Positions 41,580 to 52,754 of a DNA stretch of 64,000 nt are shown piece after piece. The position numbers were made by a program, and so were the translations under genes. The notes under the pieces are model-generated. The model had not been told where the DNA came from. It searched no databases and worked only from the letters and a program-made list of their open reading frames with translations. How positions within the stretch are numbered: position 1 is the stretch's first letter; each line of letters starts with the position of its first letter. Source of the stretch: an uncultured Planctomycetaceae bacterium (GTDB lineage: Bacteria; Planctomycetota; Planctomycetia; Isosphaerales; Isosphaeraceae); contig CAWIAD010000002.1 of NCBI GenBank assembly GCA_963833985.1, positions 2,432,001-2,496,000 on the forward strand, written 5' to 3'.

Positions 41580-43835
41580 TCAATGCCGCAACAGGAATTC
41601 CTTGCTGTTGATCACCGCCCAGGCCACGTCCTGCCACACGTCGCGCAGGCGCTCGGCGCGCGCCACGCGAGCCAGGATTGCCGCCTTCTCCGCGCCGGTC
41701 GGCCGGCGCGCGAGCGCGGCCAGGAAGAGCTCTTCGAGGATGGCCTCGGACCGGGCGTGCCGCTCCACGAGTGTCGCCAGCCGGTTGCCGGGATCGTCCA
41801 GCTTGCGGCGCACCGCCGGGCCGTTGATCATCTGGAACGCCTGTGCCAGTGTCGTCGTTTCTGATCGTTCGCATTCGCACGTGAGAAGTCGTTCCGGCTT
41901 GCCGAAGACCTTCAAAAAGCCGATCTCGATCGCGGCCCCGGGAAGCTGGGTGGCGCGGAGGCTGCGGGGAGCCGCGGGGAAGCGGTCCGGAACTTCGAGG
42001 ACCTGGCTGATGGCGTCGAGCAGCACCTCGGCGGGCAGGAGCCGCACAGAGGCCCGCGCGAAATTCGCCACATCGCCGGCGTTGGTGGCGTTCGGGGTCG
42101 CCGCAAGCTGGTACGTTGCCGATTTCATGATCAGTGCGACGAGCGGCCGCAGCCGCATGCCGTGGTTCTGGAGCGTGTCGGCCAGGGCCTCGAGCAGCTC
42201 TGTATTCGCGGGGGGGTTCGAGGCGCGAAAGTCGTCCACCGGTTCGACGATGCCCCGGCCCATCAGGTGGAACCAGGTCCGGTTTGCCAGGTTGCGCGTG
42301 AACTGGCGGTTGTCGCGGGTCAGCCAGTCCGCAAGCTGGTCGATGGGCGTGAACGCCTGCTCCGTGCGAAACGCCGCGGAGTGCAGGGGGGTGGGCGGCA
42401 GGGTCGTCCGGCTGCGCGGCTGGACCATGCCGGGCGAGCCGGCCAGGTAAATGACCTCATCGCCGTTGATCTCGTGCTTGTCCAGGTTGTCCCGGCGCGT
42501 GTTGTTGATTTCCTTGTGCTTCACCGTTGAGAAGCAGGCCGCCAGGCCGTAGTAGTCGTCTTGCGTCCAGTCGTCGAACGGATGGTTGTGGCAGCGTGCG
42601 CACTGGAGCCGGACGCCCAGGAACACCTGCGCCACGGCCTCGGCCGCGGCCGTGGGGTCGCGGTTGGTGCGATAGAAGCTGGAGGGGGGGTTGTTCCAGG
42701 TGGAACCGCGGGCGGAGACGATCCGCCGCACCATCTCGTCGAGCGGCACGTCGGCGGCGATCTGGTCGCGCAGCCAGCGCTGTAAGACCCAGACCCCCTT
42801 GGCTCCCATGGTCTTCTCTTCGTTGCGCAGCAGGTCAGCCCACTTCAGCGCCCAGAAGTCCGCGAACTCGGGACGTTCGAGCAGGCGGTCGATGAGCTTC
42901 GATCGTTTCGCCGGACCTCGATCATCCAGGAAGGCGCGGACCTCGGCCGGTTCGGGGAGCCGGCCGATCGCATCGAGGAACGCGCGGCGGAGAAAGACCT
43001 CGTCCCCCGCCAGGGGCGATGGGTTAACCTTCAGCAGCCGCAGCTTGCGAAAGACGTGCTCGTCGACCTGGTTGGCCGGCGGCGGGCCGCACCAGGCGAA
43101 GTTCGGCCGGTCGGGGAGGAAGGCGATGCGGCAGACGGCGCGGCCGCGCAGGTAGCGCACGGCCACAGCCAGCTCGCACGGATGATGGGCCGTCACCACG
43201 CCGGTCGCCGAGACGGCGGCCAGTGTCGGGTCGCTGAGATCGAAGCACGCCTGCCGCGTGACGTCGCGCGTCGAGCCATCAGCGAACCGGGCCGTGACGT
43301 GGAGCTGTTCCCGGCGGTTCGCAGTGGAGCTGATGATCGTCTCCGGCGCGACGGAGATGGACTGGAGGCGTGGAGCGGTCTCCTTGTCGTCCCTGGCCCC
43401 GGCGGCGATCCAGTCGCGCAGCGTCCGGGCCTCGTCCGATCCGGCCGCGAAGCGTATCCCCCCTTCGTGCGGCACGGATCCCGTGGGCTTCAGCAGTACC
43501 AGGCTCTGGTCGGGCGCCGCGACCGACACGCGCCGGCCGAGCAGCTCTCGTGTGATCGCCTGGAAGTCAAAATCCGGATCGTCGCCGCGCAAGCTGAGCC
43601 GGAAACCGCCCTTGCCCGATGCGTTGCCATGGCATGACCCCATGTTGCAGCCGGCACGGGACAGCAAGGGCGCAACGTCGTTGCGATAGCTGACCGGCTT
43701 TCGGACCGGCCCCGGCGACTCCGCACCGTGCCCTTCCACGGCACAGGCCATGGCCGTCAGCACGCAGGCTAGGCGCGTTCCCCAGATCAGGGACCCATTG
43801 CCGCGCCGGACCAGCAAGCACTTCTGGTGGGCCAC
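41580..43835 (-). CDS. DUF1549/DUF1553 domain protein with Ig-like domain
   Basis: GGAGG RBS before GTG 43835; CNMGSCHG, FLRRAFLDAIG, CARCHNHPF, NRTWFHLMGRGIVEPVDD and NSKEFLLRH. Confidence 0.9.
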   Translation of the reverse strand: MAHQKCLLVRRGNGSLIWGTRLACVLTAMACAVEGHGAESPGPVRKPVSYRNDVAPLLSRAGCNMGSCHGNASGKGGFRLSLRGDDPDFDFQAITRELLGRRVSVAAPDQSLVLLKPTGSVPHEGGIRFAAGSDEARTLRDWIAAGARDDKETAPRLQSISVAPETIISSTANRREQLHVTARFADGSTRDVTRQACFDLSDPTLAAVSATGVVTAHHPCELAVAVRYLRGRAVCRIAFLPDRPNFAWCGPPPANQVDEHVFRKLRLLKVNPSPLAGDEVFLRRAFLDAIGRLPEPAEVRAFLDDRGPAKRSKLIDRLLERPEFADFWALKWADLLRNEEKTMGAKGVWVLQRWLRDQIAADVPLDEMVRRIVSARGSTWNNPPSSFYRTNRDPTAAAEAVAQVFLGVRLQCARCHNHPFDDWTQDDYYGLAACFSTVKHKEINNTRRDNLDKHEINGDEVIYLAGSPGMVQPRSRTTLPPTPLHSAAFRTEQAFTPIDQLADWLTRDNRQFTRNLANRTWFHLMGRGIVEPVDDFRASNPPANTELLEALADTLQNHGMRLRPLVALIMKSATYQLAATPNATNAGDVANFARASVRLLPAEVLLDAISQVLEVPDRFPAAPRSLRATQLPGAAIEIGFLKVFGKPERLLTCECERSETTTLAQAFQMINGPAVRRKLDDPGNRLATLVERHARSEAILEELFLAALARRPTGAEKAAILARVARAERLRDVWQDVAWAVINSKEFLLRH

Positions 43836-44063
43836 GGTGAATTCCTCCGGATCCGGTTTCAGATTGGATTTCGTGCCGCGCAGCAACCGCGGGCGGCGGT
43901 CCTGGCGCAGGTGGTATGACGTTTGTTAAACATAGCCCGGCTCCAGGGCATGCGTCAAGGGTTCGCATCCTGCGCCACGCGGGCGGTGGGGTGCTCGAAC
44001 TGCGCGACAGACGCGGTTGCGATGCGGTGCCCCGGTCTCAGCAAGCAATCAAACAAGCATAAA

Positions 44064-44125
44064 CATGAATTGAAATTCATGGGTAACTTGAAATGGTTAT
44101 CATCGCGAGGTTCATTTAACATGAA
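44064..44125. promoter_or_regulatory. AT-rich palindromic operator cluster in a divergent intergenic region
   Basis: CATGAATT-GA-AATTCATG at 44064-44081; TTCAT-TTAAC-ATGAA at 44111-44125. Confidence 0.5.
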
Positions 44126-44216
44126 TAGCCGAATAGGAGAGCGACAGACCGATGGCCGGTGCGGATCGCTTGCGCCCGCCGCGCGCGGGAGTCGCGGGAT
44201 TCAGGGGAATCCTTCC

Positions 44217-45244
44217 ATGAATTTGAGTTGCCGGAACGAAGACACGGCATTCGTGACGGCCGTGGAGCCGAATGGGGCGCTGGAGGCGCAGGTTCTGCTC
44301 ATGGCGGAGAGCCTCAGGAAGTGGGGCGGACGACTGGCGAATGCGCCGATCCTGTGTGTTTCGCCGCGGCTCGCTCCGCCCTTGCACCGGCCAACTCTGC
44401 GGGCATTCAACCGGCTCGACGTCACTCACATGAGCTGCAATTTCCGCCATCCGTACGCATGGTACGCATTCACGAACAAGGCGCTGGCGATGGTGGCCGC
44501 ACGCGAGGCTTGCAACGCGAGGACCCTGGTCTGGCTGGATGCCGACGTGGTCATTCTCGACGAGCCCGCGGCGTTCCTGGAGGATGACTCCGACTTCGCC
44601 GCATGTCTGACCTGGGGCGACCTGGCGACCTCCGGTCCAGGACATCCCTGCGATCGTTACTGGAAAGCGGTCTGCGATCTTTTCGCGCTGAACCTTGACG
44701 AGCTGCCGTGGGTCACCGCGGCTGGCCAGTGCTTCCGTTACTGCATCCAGGCCGGTGTCTTCCGCATGCGGCGTAGCTCGCTGGTCGTGGAGCACTACCT
44801 CCGGAACCTGGAAGTCCTCATGGACTCGCAGCTCGTCGCCTCGGGCAGCCTTTTCTACAGTGAGACGGTGGCATTGACATTGGCCCCGTTCACCGCGCGT
44901 GCTTCCTGGTCCGAATTGCCGCGGTCTCACAACTTCGTGGTTGCCTCGAGATCGCAGGACAGCGAATACCGCGGCCTGGAGACCGCCCGCGTCGTGCACT
45001 ACCACGACGCGATGTTCGCGCCCAACTGGGACGTGCTTCGCTCTTATTTCTTGAAGCTGCGGCCGGACCGCCTGGACTGGCTCGAGCGCCAGGCGCACTC
45101 GCGCCCTCCTCCGCGAGGCCGTTTCAGCGAGTACTGAGGCGTTTTCTGGAGGCGGCACGCCGGCGCAAGATGAAACGCTACCTGGAGACCTGCCGGTCGA
45201 TCGACGTTCACTCGCCGCCGATGGAGTCCGCACTCTCGAGCTGA
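44217..45244 (+). CDS. GT-A fold glycosyltransferase-like protein; probable frameshift at ~45093
   Basis: LMAESLRKWGG, FTNKALA, WLDADV (DxD), QAGVF and VVHYH; the ORF stops at 45137 but the shifted frame gives a plausible tail to TGA 45244. Confidence 0.7.
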
Positions 45245-45977
45245 CCCCTCTGCGCCGCGCCCGGGGCCACCACCTCTCGCGAGGCGCCTGAACACGAGCA
45301 AATTGCTGATGTAGTGCCTCGATACGGAGCCAGATCGCTCCCAGGCCTGTTTCCAGCGATCGGCCAGATCGTGCTCGCAGGCGTATCCGCGGCTCTGAAA
45401 CCTGGCGATCCAGTAAGCGGGCGGTTGCTCGTTGACATGGTCCGTCCCGCCCTGCCCGGGCGTGGCTGCCGTGAACACGACGCAGGGCGCGACGGTCGTC
45501 AGCAGCGCGACGTAGCGGTCGGCACAGCTCTCGGGCAGGTGCTCTGCCACTTCCATGCTCACCGCGACGTCATAGGATGGAAACCCGACAACCGACATCC
45601 GCTCGATGTCGAACCTCTGGACGTCGAGGTTCCGGCGGCGGCAGTACTCCAGTGCGGACTCGGCGTATTCCAGCCCGAAGACCCGGCACCCCGCGCTGGA
45701 AGACCGCGAGCAAGGCGCCCGTCCCACAGCCGACGTCGATCACGCTGGCCGGTTCCAGATCGCCGAGGATCGAGCTGGCCATGATCTCAGCGCTGCGGGC
45801 TGCGGAGTGCTCGACCTCCCTCTCGAAATAAGCGGCATCGTAGATGCGGTCATGGTACTCCTTGCCAAGGAGCTGAAAATACGACGACTTGATCCATCTT
45901 GCCGGAGGCGTGTCGCGGAGCGCTGGCGGCATGATCGCTCGCCAGATGCTCCTGCTTACCGTCAGCAGGTCTGACAT
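45044..45977 (-). CDS. Class I SAM-dependent methyltransferase; frameshift at ~45693
   Basis: VIDVGCGTG, SMEVAEHL and FTAATPGQGGTDHVNEQP; 3' end uncertain (overlaps the convergent gene). Confidence 0.85.
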
Positions 45978-46077
45978 GAATTCTCTCTCATCCCCGGACA
46001 TCGATCAATCATTGAAAACCATCCTAACACGAGAGCCCCTGAAGAAAGCCTCCCTGAACGGGCATCCCACGCTGCTT

Positions 46078-48710
46078 TCATGCCCGGCAGAAACACGGAT
46101 CTCGCGGGGCAGGGTATCGGACCGCGAGATGAGGCGTATCGATCGGGCGGTGGGACTTCTGCCTGGAATCGAGACAGCTTTCCAGCACGCCGCTGACCAG
46201 CAGGGTGCGCTCGGCCGGGTAGGGGGCCTTGCCGGAAGCCGTCATGGTCTCGACCTGGTGCATCAGGCAGGCGGAATAGGCAACGTTCGGTACCGGCGGC
46301 AGCAAGAACTGGCACGAGAGCGGCTCGCGTACACCGCGAATCCGCGCCGCGAAGTTGTAGTCTCCCAGCGCTCCGTCGAGCATGAGCAGGGTCGCCCGAG
46401 TTCCGTCCCGGTACTCGATGAAGTACGCGACGGGATGCCGGACCAGCGATTGGACCGCTCCGTTTTTCGCCAGGTTCTGCGTCCGGCCGTCGCGCACGCT
46501 CAGGCCCTGGATGGAGTCGGAGCACGACAGGGCCGATGCGAGCAGTTCCCAGGACCAGCGCCCGGCATCACCAGACTTCCAGACCCCGTCACCTTCCACC
46601 AGTTGCACGCTCCGGACGCCGGTCTCGCCGCCAGCGCGGCGCTCGAGCATGCACTGCATTGCCTCCAGGGCATGAAAGTCCATGGCGTCGGAACCGCCAA
46701 TGCCAATCATCAAGGCCTGTTCGATGGTGCAGCCCAGTGGCAGATCGATGGCCGGCAGCCGCCAGGTCACCGGCAGCGATGAGCCTGCAAGCAGCGGAAA
46801 GCCCAGCCGGTGAGCGTCATCCACCATGGCCTTCGCCTTCGTGAAGCTGTACGAGAGATGCTTGTCGTTGAACACGGGAACAGACTGGCCCTCGGCCTCG
46901 AAAACCTGCACGGCCTGGCGGAAGAACTCGAAGCGCGGGTAGAGCGTCTGCCCCTTTTCGTTGCGCGGATAGTCGCCGTGCTCGGCGATGATCAGAACAC
47001 CGTCGACGGCGAGCCCGGGCCCCCCGCAGCGCAGCGCCTCGGCGATGGTGGGGTAGACCGAAAAGCCGTACGTCCGGCGCGCTGGGCACTCTGATCGTCG
47101 GCCGGCTTCTGGTCCACGTAGAGCGAGACCACCTCGAACGGGGGGTGGTGCCATCGACCGTGCCAGGGGTAACCGGCAAGGAACCGGTCTCCCATGTGCT
47201 GAGCGTGCGACAGGTACCGCCAGACGGTCGTGACGATCGCGAGCTTCCGGGTGCGCGGCCGCGCGGCCTCCCGAGCGGGCCATTCCGGATTCTCGGTTGC
47301 TTTCGTGTCCATGGCCTTGCAGCCGGCGAACAGCGATTGCCGAGGTGGCTGGTACTTGACCTCCCTGAGGTGAGGAGTTTCGACCCTTATCTGTCCCGCA
47401 CTCAGCGAGTCCACCGCGGCGCAAAGGATTCCAGTGGTAAGCAGAGTGCGTTCCACGGGGTAGGGGGGCTTCCCGGTCAGGAACAGCGTCTCGATGTGCC
47501 TTGCCAGCGCGCTGAAGAAGTTCGGTAGGGTCTGCCCGGGGTTGAGTCCGGGAAGGTACATCTGGGTGGAGAATGGCTCGGCCTGGTTCTCGATGCGGAG
47601 AGCCACCGTGAAATCCTTCACCAGCGATGAGAGCAGGATCAGGGTGCTCTTCGTCCCGTCGACGTGCTGGATCTGGTACATGACGGGATCAGGCGCCAGC
47701 GACCGCATCTGCGCGAGGTCAGGCAGCACGTGGCCGTAGCCGGGCCGAGCCGACGCCAGTGTGAAACTGCGGCACAGGCATGCTTCGACGAGTTGCGGCA
47801 AGGCGCGGCGCTCGCTGCGGGCCTGCTCGGCCAGGATCTCCCAGACGGCATTGCCGCGCACGGCGCGCACGGCCATGACGCCGGTTTCACCACCGCTGCG
47901 CCGCTCCAGCAAGCACTGCAACGATTCCAGGCCGTGGAAATCATAGCTGTCCACGTTCCCGTAGCCGAGGCACAGGGCCTCGCGCACTCGTGTGCCCCAG
48001 GGAAGCTCCGCCGAGGGGATGCGCCAGGTGACCGGCAAGGACGAGCCCGCCAGGAGCGGAAAGCCCAGTGCGCGGGCCGTGTCCACCATCTCCCGCGCCC
48101 AGTCCCAGCGCCACGAGAGGTGCTTGTCGATGAACACCGGCGCTGTGCGGCCCGATCTGCGATAGACCGCAACGATCTGCTGGAAAAACTCGTATCGCGG
48201 ATACTGCGTCTGCCCCCGGGGGGTGCGGGGATAATTGCCGTGCTCGCCGATCAGCAGCACGCCATCGACGGCAAGCGTGCCCGTCCCCCGGGTGAGCGCC
48301 TCGGCAATTGTGGGATAGATCTTCAGCTCCGGGTGCCGCGCGGCCCGCTCAGGCGAGAGGTCTCCTGGCGGCTTCTGGTCCACGTACAGGGCAACGACGT
48401 CCACGGCCGGCATGTGGTGCCGGCCCTGCCACCCGTAGCCCTCCAGGAAGCGATCGACGATGCCCTGGCCGTGCGATGCCTTGCGATACTCGGTAACCAG
48501 TGCGCCGATTGCCGGCCTGCGCCGGTTCGCAGGTGCGCCGGCCGTCGCCAGTGCCTGGGCCAGCGGCAGGCCGGCCGCCAGTGCGCCGGCGAGCTGACGC
48601 CGTGTCAGACTCGATCCGCTTGCAACCGGATCAACCCCGCCCGAAATCCTGGTCGCCGAACCTCCAGCCGCTTCGCAGTTGAGATGTTGTCGAGGCACCG
48701 TTGAGCCCAT
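46078..48710 (-). CDS. Tat-exported tandem fusion of two oxidoreductase-like (Gfo/Idh/MocA-like) units; frameshift at ~47078
   Basis: LTRRQL Tat motif. Both halves share DRFL.GY.W.GR, LYVDQKP, YPTIAEAL, VDGVL.I.EHG.YP, PVF.DKHLS, AGSSLPVTWR, DFH.LE..QC.LERR.GGETGV and YP.ERTLL. No stop precedes the second unit (Met 47312). Confidence 0.75.
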
Positions 48711-48778
48711 GTCTGTATTCCGATCTGGACCGAGTGACCTGGGGGGAGCGAACTTGTTGAACAGATCTCAAACATGGT

Positions 48779-51244
48779 ATGATCCCGCTCTCTGACATTC
48801 CATGGGTCAGCGCGGCGGCACGGCTTCCTGGGAGGACCCACCCCGTGAGAAGGGCGAACGCACGCCTCATGCAGGTCATCGTTCTGCACGCCCTGATTGG
48901 CGCGCCCACTTCGGCCATTTGCGGGGGCCTTGCCCCGCCGGCCGCTGACGAGGAATTCGAGATCCAGGTCCGGCCCGTGCTGGTGCAGACGTGCGTGCCT
49001 TGCCACGGCGGCAAGAAGACCAGCGGAGGATTGAAGCTGAGCACCCGGGAGGACCTGATCCGGGGGGGCGACAGCGGGCCGGCCGTCGTTCCCGGCCGTC
49101 CCGATGAGAGCCTGCTGGTGCGGGCGATCGGGCATGGTGACGACTCGCTCCAGATGCCTCCGGACGGGAAATTGCCCGGGCCAACCATCGCGGCCTTCTC
49201 GCGCTGGATTGCCGCGGGAGCGCCCTGGCCGCGATCGGCCGTTCCAGCGCGCGTGGCAGATCGGAGCAAACCTGTGCGGCACTGGGCATTCGAGCCGGTC
49301 AAGCCAGTGCAGCCGCCGGCCGATCCGACCGGTTGGTCGGAAAGCCCGATCGACCGGTTCATCGCCGCCAGACGCGGGTTACAGGGCGTCCAGCCGGTGC
49401 CCGATGCTGACCGGCGGACCTGGATCCGCCGTGTCACCTTCGACCTGGTCGGCTTGCCTCCAGCGCCCGAGGAGATCGACGCGTTCGTTTCGGACAGCCA
49501 TGCCGACGCCTTCGCCCGGGTGGTGGATCGGCTGCTGGCCTCGCCGCACTACGGAGAACGGTGGGGCCGGCACTGGATGGACGTGGCACGCTACGCGGAC
49601 ACCGCCGGCGACAATGCCGATTACCCGGTGCCCGAGGTGGCGCGCTACCGCGACTACGTCATCGCCGCATTCAACCGCGACATGCCGTTCAACCAGTTCG
49701 TCCGCGAACAGCTTGCCGGTGACATCCTGGCGCGTGAGGGCAGCCGCGAGCGAGCCGACGCGGCCATCGTTGCCACCGGCTTTCTGGCGCTGGCGCGCCG
49801 GTACGCCACCGGCCCGTACGAGCTCTGGCATCTCACGCTGGAGGATGCCATCGAGACCACGGGCAGGGCGTTCCTGGGGCTCACCCTGAGATGCGCGCGC
49901 TGTCACGACCACAAGTATGATCCCTTCCTCCAGCGCGACTATTACGCACTCTACGGCATCTTCGAGAGTACGAACTTCCCTTACGGCGGCTCGGAAGAAC
50001 TCCAGACCAAGGGATTCCCCCGCCAGAAATTCGTCGCCACCGCAGGCGCGGACGAGGTGGCCGGCAGGGTGCGTACGCGCGACGAACAAATGCGATGGCT
50101 GGAACGCCAGATCGAGGAACTCAAGCGCGATCCGCAGCGGAATCCGGAACGCCTGGCCTCCGTGCGCAAGCAGCATGAACGGCTGCGCCGCCTTGGCCTT
50201 CCGCCCGACCTGCCGTGTGCCTACGCCGTCTCGGAGGGAAAGCCGCGTGACGCGGCGCTCCAGCGCGGCGGAGATCCGGGCCGGCCCGGAGCCATCGTGC
50301 CGCGCGGAGTTCCCCGCCTGGGATACCTGGAAGGCCCTGCGCCGCCGGCGGTTGCACCCGGTTCCAGCGGCCGCCTGGCGCTGGCCGACTGGATCTCGCG
50401 GCCAGACCATCCCCTCACGGCCCGGGTCATCGCCAACCGGATCTGGCAGTACCATTTCGGAAGGGGGATCGTGCCCACGCCTTCGAATTTCGGGGTCCGC
50501 GGCGAGGCTCCCAGTCATCCCGAATTGCTCGACTGGCTGGCGGCCCGGCTCATCTCCCGCGGCTGGTCGATCAAGGATCTGCACCGGCAGATCGTCCTCT
50601 CTCGAACCTACCGGCTCTCCAGCGCCGCGCATCCGCGGAACGAGCAGGTCGACCCCGGGAACCAGCTTCTCTGGCGGTTCGAGCGCCGGCGGCTGGACGC
50701 GGAATCGATTCGCGATGCCATGCTTCTTGTCTCCGGTGAGCTCGATCTGCGACGGCCCACGGCCCAGCCATTTCCGCCCATCGAGGAGTGGCACTGGACG
50801 CAGCACAACGCCTTCAAGGTGGTTTACCCGAGCCGGCAGCGAAGCGTTTTCCTGATGACCCAGCGGCTGGTGAAACACCCGTTTCTGGCCATCTTCGACG
50901 GACCCGACACGAACACCTCGACCGACGTCCGTGCCCGCTCCACGGTGCCAATCCAGGCACTCTTCCTCATGAACAACCCGTTCGTCCAGGAACGGTCCGC
51001 TGCACTGGCTCGCAGGCTGCTGCGGGAGAACGTCGGTGTTCCCGATCGCCTGGCGCTGGCCTGGGAGCTTGCCTGGGGCCGCCCGGCCACCGCTCGCGAG
51101 GCCGAGCGCGCCGGCCGCTACCTCGTGGACTGCACCTGGGCGGTCCTGGGGAGTGGGACGTCCGCGAACCAGGCCGAGCTGGAAGCCTGGACAAGCCTGG
51201 CCCGTATCCTGTTGACCGCCAACGAGTTCCTGTACATCGACTGA
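48779..51244 (+). CDS. Planctomycete cytochrome c + DUF1549 + DUF1553 protein
   Basis: CVPCHG heme motif, HWAF, YGERWGRHWMDVARYAD, CARCHDHK, NRIWQYHFGRG and NEFLYID; start uncertain. Confidence 0.93.
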   Translation: MIPLSDIPWVSAAARLPGRTHPVRRANARLMQVIVLHALIGAPTSAICGGLAPPAADEEFEIQVRPVLVQTCVPCHGGKKTSGGLKLSTREDLIRGGDSGPAVVPGRPDESLLVRAIGHGDDSLQMPPDGKLPGPTIAAFSRWIAAGAPWPRSAVPARVADRSKPVRHWAFEPVKPVQPPADPTGWSESPIDRFIAARRGLQGVQPVPDADRRTWIRRVTFDLVGLPPAPEEIDAFVSDSHADAFARVVDRLLASPHYGERWGRHWMDVARYADTAGDNADYPVPEVARYRDYVIAAFNRDMPFNQFVREQLAGDILAREGSRERADAAIVATGFLALARRYATGPYELWHLTLEDAIETTGRAFLGLTLRCARCHDHKYDPFLQRDYYALYGIFESTNFPYGGSEELQTKGFPRQKFVATAGADEVAGRVRTRDEQMRWLERQIEELKRDPQRNPERLASVRKQHERLRRLGLPPDLPCAYAVSEGKPRDAALQRGGDPGRPGAIVPRGVPRLGYLEGPAPPAVAPGSSGRLALADWISRPDHPLTARVIANRIWQYHFGRGIVPTPSNFGVRGEAPSHPELLDWLAARLISRGWSIKDLHRQIVLSRTYRLSSAAHPRNEQVDPGNQLLWRFERRRLDAESIRDAMLLVSGELDLRRPTAQPFPPIEEWHWTQHNAFKVVYPSRQRSVFLMTQRLVKHPFLAIFDGPDTNTSTDVRARSTVPIQALFLMNNPFVQERSAALARRLLRENVGVPDRLALAWELAWGRPATAREAERAGRYLVDCTWAVLGSGTSANQAELEAWTSLARILLTANEFLYID

Positions 51245-51297
51245 ACGTGCGAGCGCGTCGTACCGCGACGCGGCCCAACCTGGGGAGGCTTGTAAAC

Positions 51298-52713
51298 ATG
51301 GCCAGCTCCATCTGCCGCCATGACGGCCCGGACCGTCGCGGGTTCCTGAAGGTCACCGCGGCTCTTGCCGGGGCATCCTTTCCCGCGCGGTACGCGCGAC
51401 TGGTGCAGGCTGCGGAGCAGGCGGAGGCGGGGTTGGTCGCCCCGCGCCGGCCCCACCACGACGCACCGGCCCGGCAGTTGATTGTCATCTTCCTCTCGGG
51501 CGGGTTTTCGCATGTCGACACGTTTGATTACAAGCCCAGGCTGACGCGTGACAGCGGCAAGCCGGTGCCCTCGAACGGACTGCGCGACAATGAGGCCGGC
51601 CGCCGGCCGCTGCTCGGCTCCCCGTTCCGGTTTCGTCCCTGCGGCGCATCCGGCCTCATGATCAGCGAGCTGTTTCCCTGCCTGAGCGAGATGGCCGACG
51701 AGCTGTGCGTGATCCGGTCGCTGCACACCGACATCGTGGAGCACTTCCAGGCGGTTCTCGCCATGCATACCGGCTCGGCCACGATTCCGCTGCCCAGCAT
51801 GGGAGCCTGGATCAGCCACGGCCTGGGGACCTTCAACGCCAATCTCCCCTCGCACGTCGTGCTCTGCGAGCACCTGCCCTATGGCGGGTCGCAGGTCTGG
51901 GACAGCAGCTTCCTGCCGCCCATCCACCAGGGAGTGCGCATCATCCCCGGCCCGGACCCGATTCCCGACCTGCACCCCCCGGCACGGCCCGCCTCGGTAC
52001 GCGAGCTGGAACGGATGATGCTGGAGGAAGTGAACGCCGAGCATGCCCAGGCGCGGCCCGGCGATGCCGAGCTGCGGGCGCGGATTGCCACGTATGCCAC
52101 CGCACGCGGCATGATCCGCGAGGCCCCCGAGGTGCTCGAAGCGCAGGGGGAAACCGCGGCCACACGTGCTCTCTACGGAGTCGCCGCGGGCGATCAAAAG
52201 TCCTTCGGGTACCAGTGCCTGATCGCACGCCGGCTCATCGAGCGGGGTGTCCGCGTCGTCGAGCTCATCGATACCGGCTCCAGCAATAACTGGGACGCGC
52301 ACGGCGACATGCAGGACCACCGTCCCCGGGCCGCCAGCGTCGATCGTGCGATCGCCGCCCTGATCCGCGACCTCAAGGGACGCGGGCTGCTTGGCCAGAC
52401 ACTCGTGGCGATTTGCACCGAGTTCGGACGCACGCCCTGGACCGACGGCCCCGGCGCACGGGGTCGCAACCACTACGCCAGGGCGTTCACGGCGCTGCTG
52501 GCGGGCGCCGGGGTACGCGGAGGACATGTCCACGGGGTGACGGACGACTACGGTATCGAGATCCTCGCCAACCCAGTGCACGTCCATGATTACCACGCCA
52601 CCATCCTGCATCTCATGGGAATCGACCATACGCGGCTCGTCTATCGCTACGCTGGCCGGGACTTCCGGCTGACCGACGTCGATGGTAAAGTCGTCCGGCA
52701 AGTCCTCGCCTGA
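51298..52713 (+). CDS. DUF1501 domain protein
   Basis: DRRGFL Tat motif, GGFSHVDTFDYKP, ARRLIERGVR, WDAH, EFGRTP and GRDFRLTDV. Confidence 0.93.
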   Translation: MASSICRHDGPDRRGFLKVTAALAGASFPARYARLVQAAEQAEAGLVAPRRPHHDAPARQLIVIFLSGGFSHVDTFDYKPRLTRDSGKPVPSNGLRDNEAGRRPLLGSPFRFRPCGASGLMISELFPCLSEMADELCVIRSLHTDIVEHFQAVLAMHTGSATIPLPSMGAWISHGLGTFNANLPSHVVLCEHLPYGGSQVWDSSFLPPIHQGVRIIPGPDPIPDLHPPARPASVRELERMMLEEVNAEHAQARPGDAELRARIATYATARGMIREAPEVLEAQGETAATRALYGVAAGDQKSFGYQCLIARRLIERGVRVVELIDTGSSNNWDAHGDMQDHRPRAASVDRAIAALIRDLKGRGLLGQTLVAICTEFGRTPWTDGPGARGRNHYARAFTALLAGAGVRGGHVHGVTDDYGIEILANPVHVHDYHATILHLMGIDHTRLVYRYAGRDFRLTDVDGKVVRQVLA

Positions 52714-52754
52714 GCCCGAGTCCGAGCCGGATCCGGATCCAAAGCCGTTGCCCG

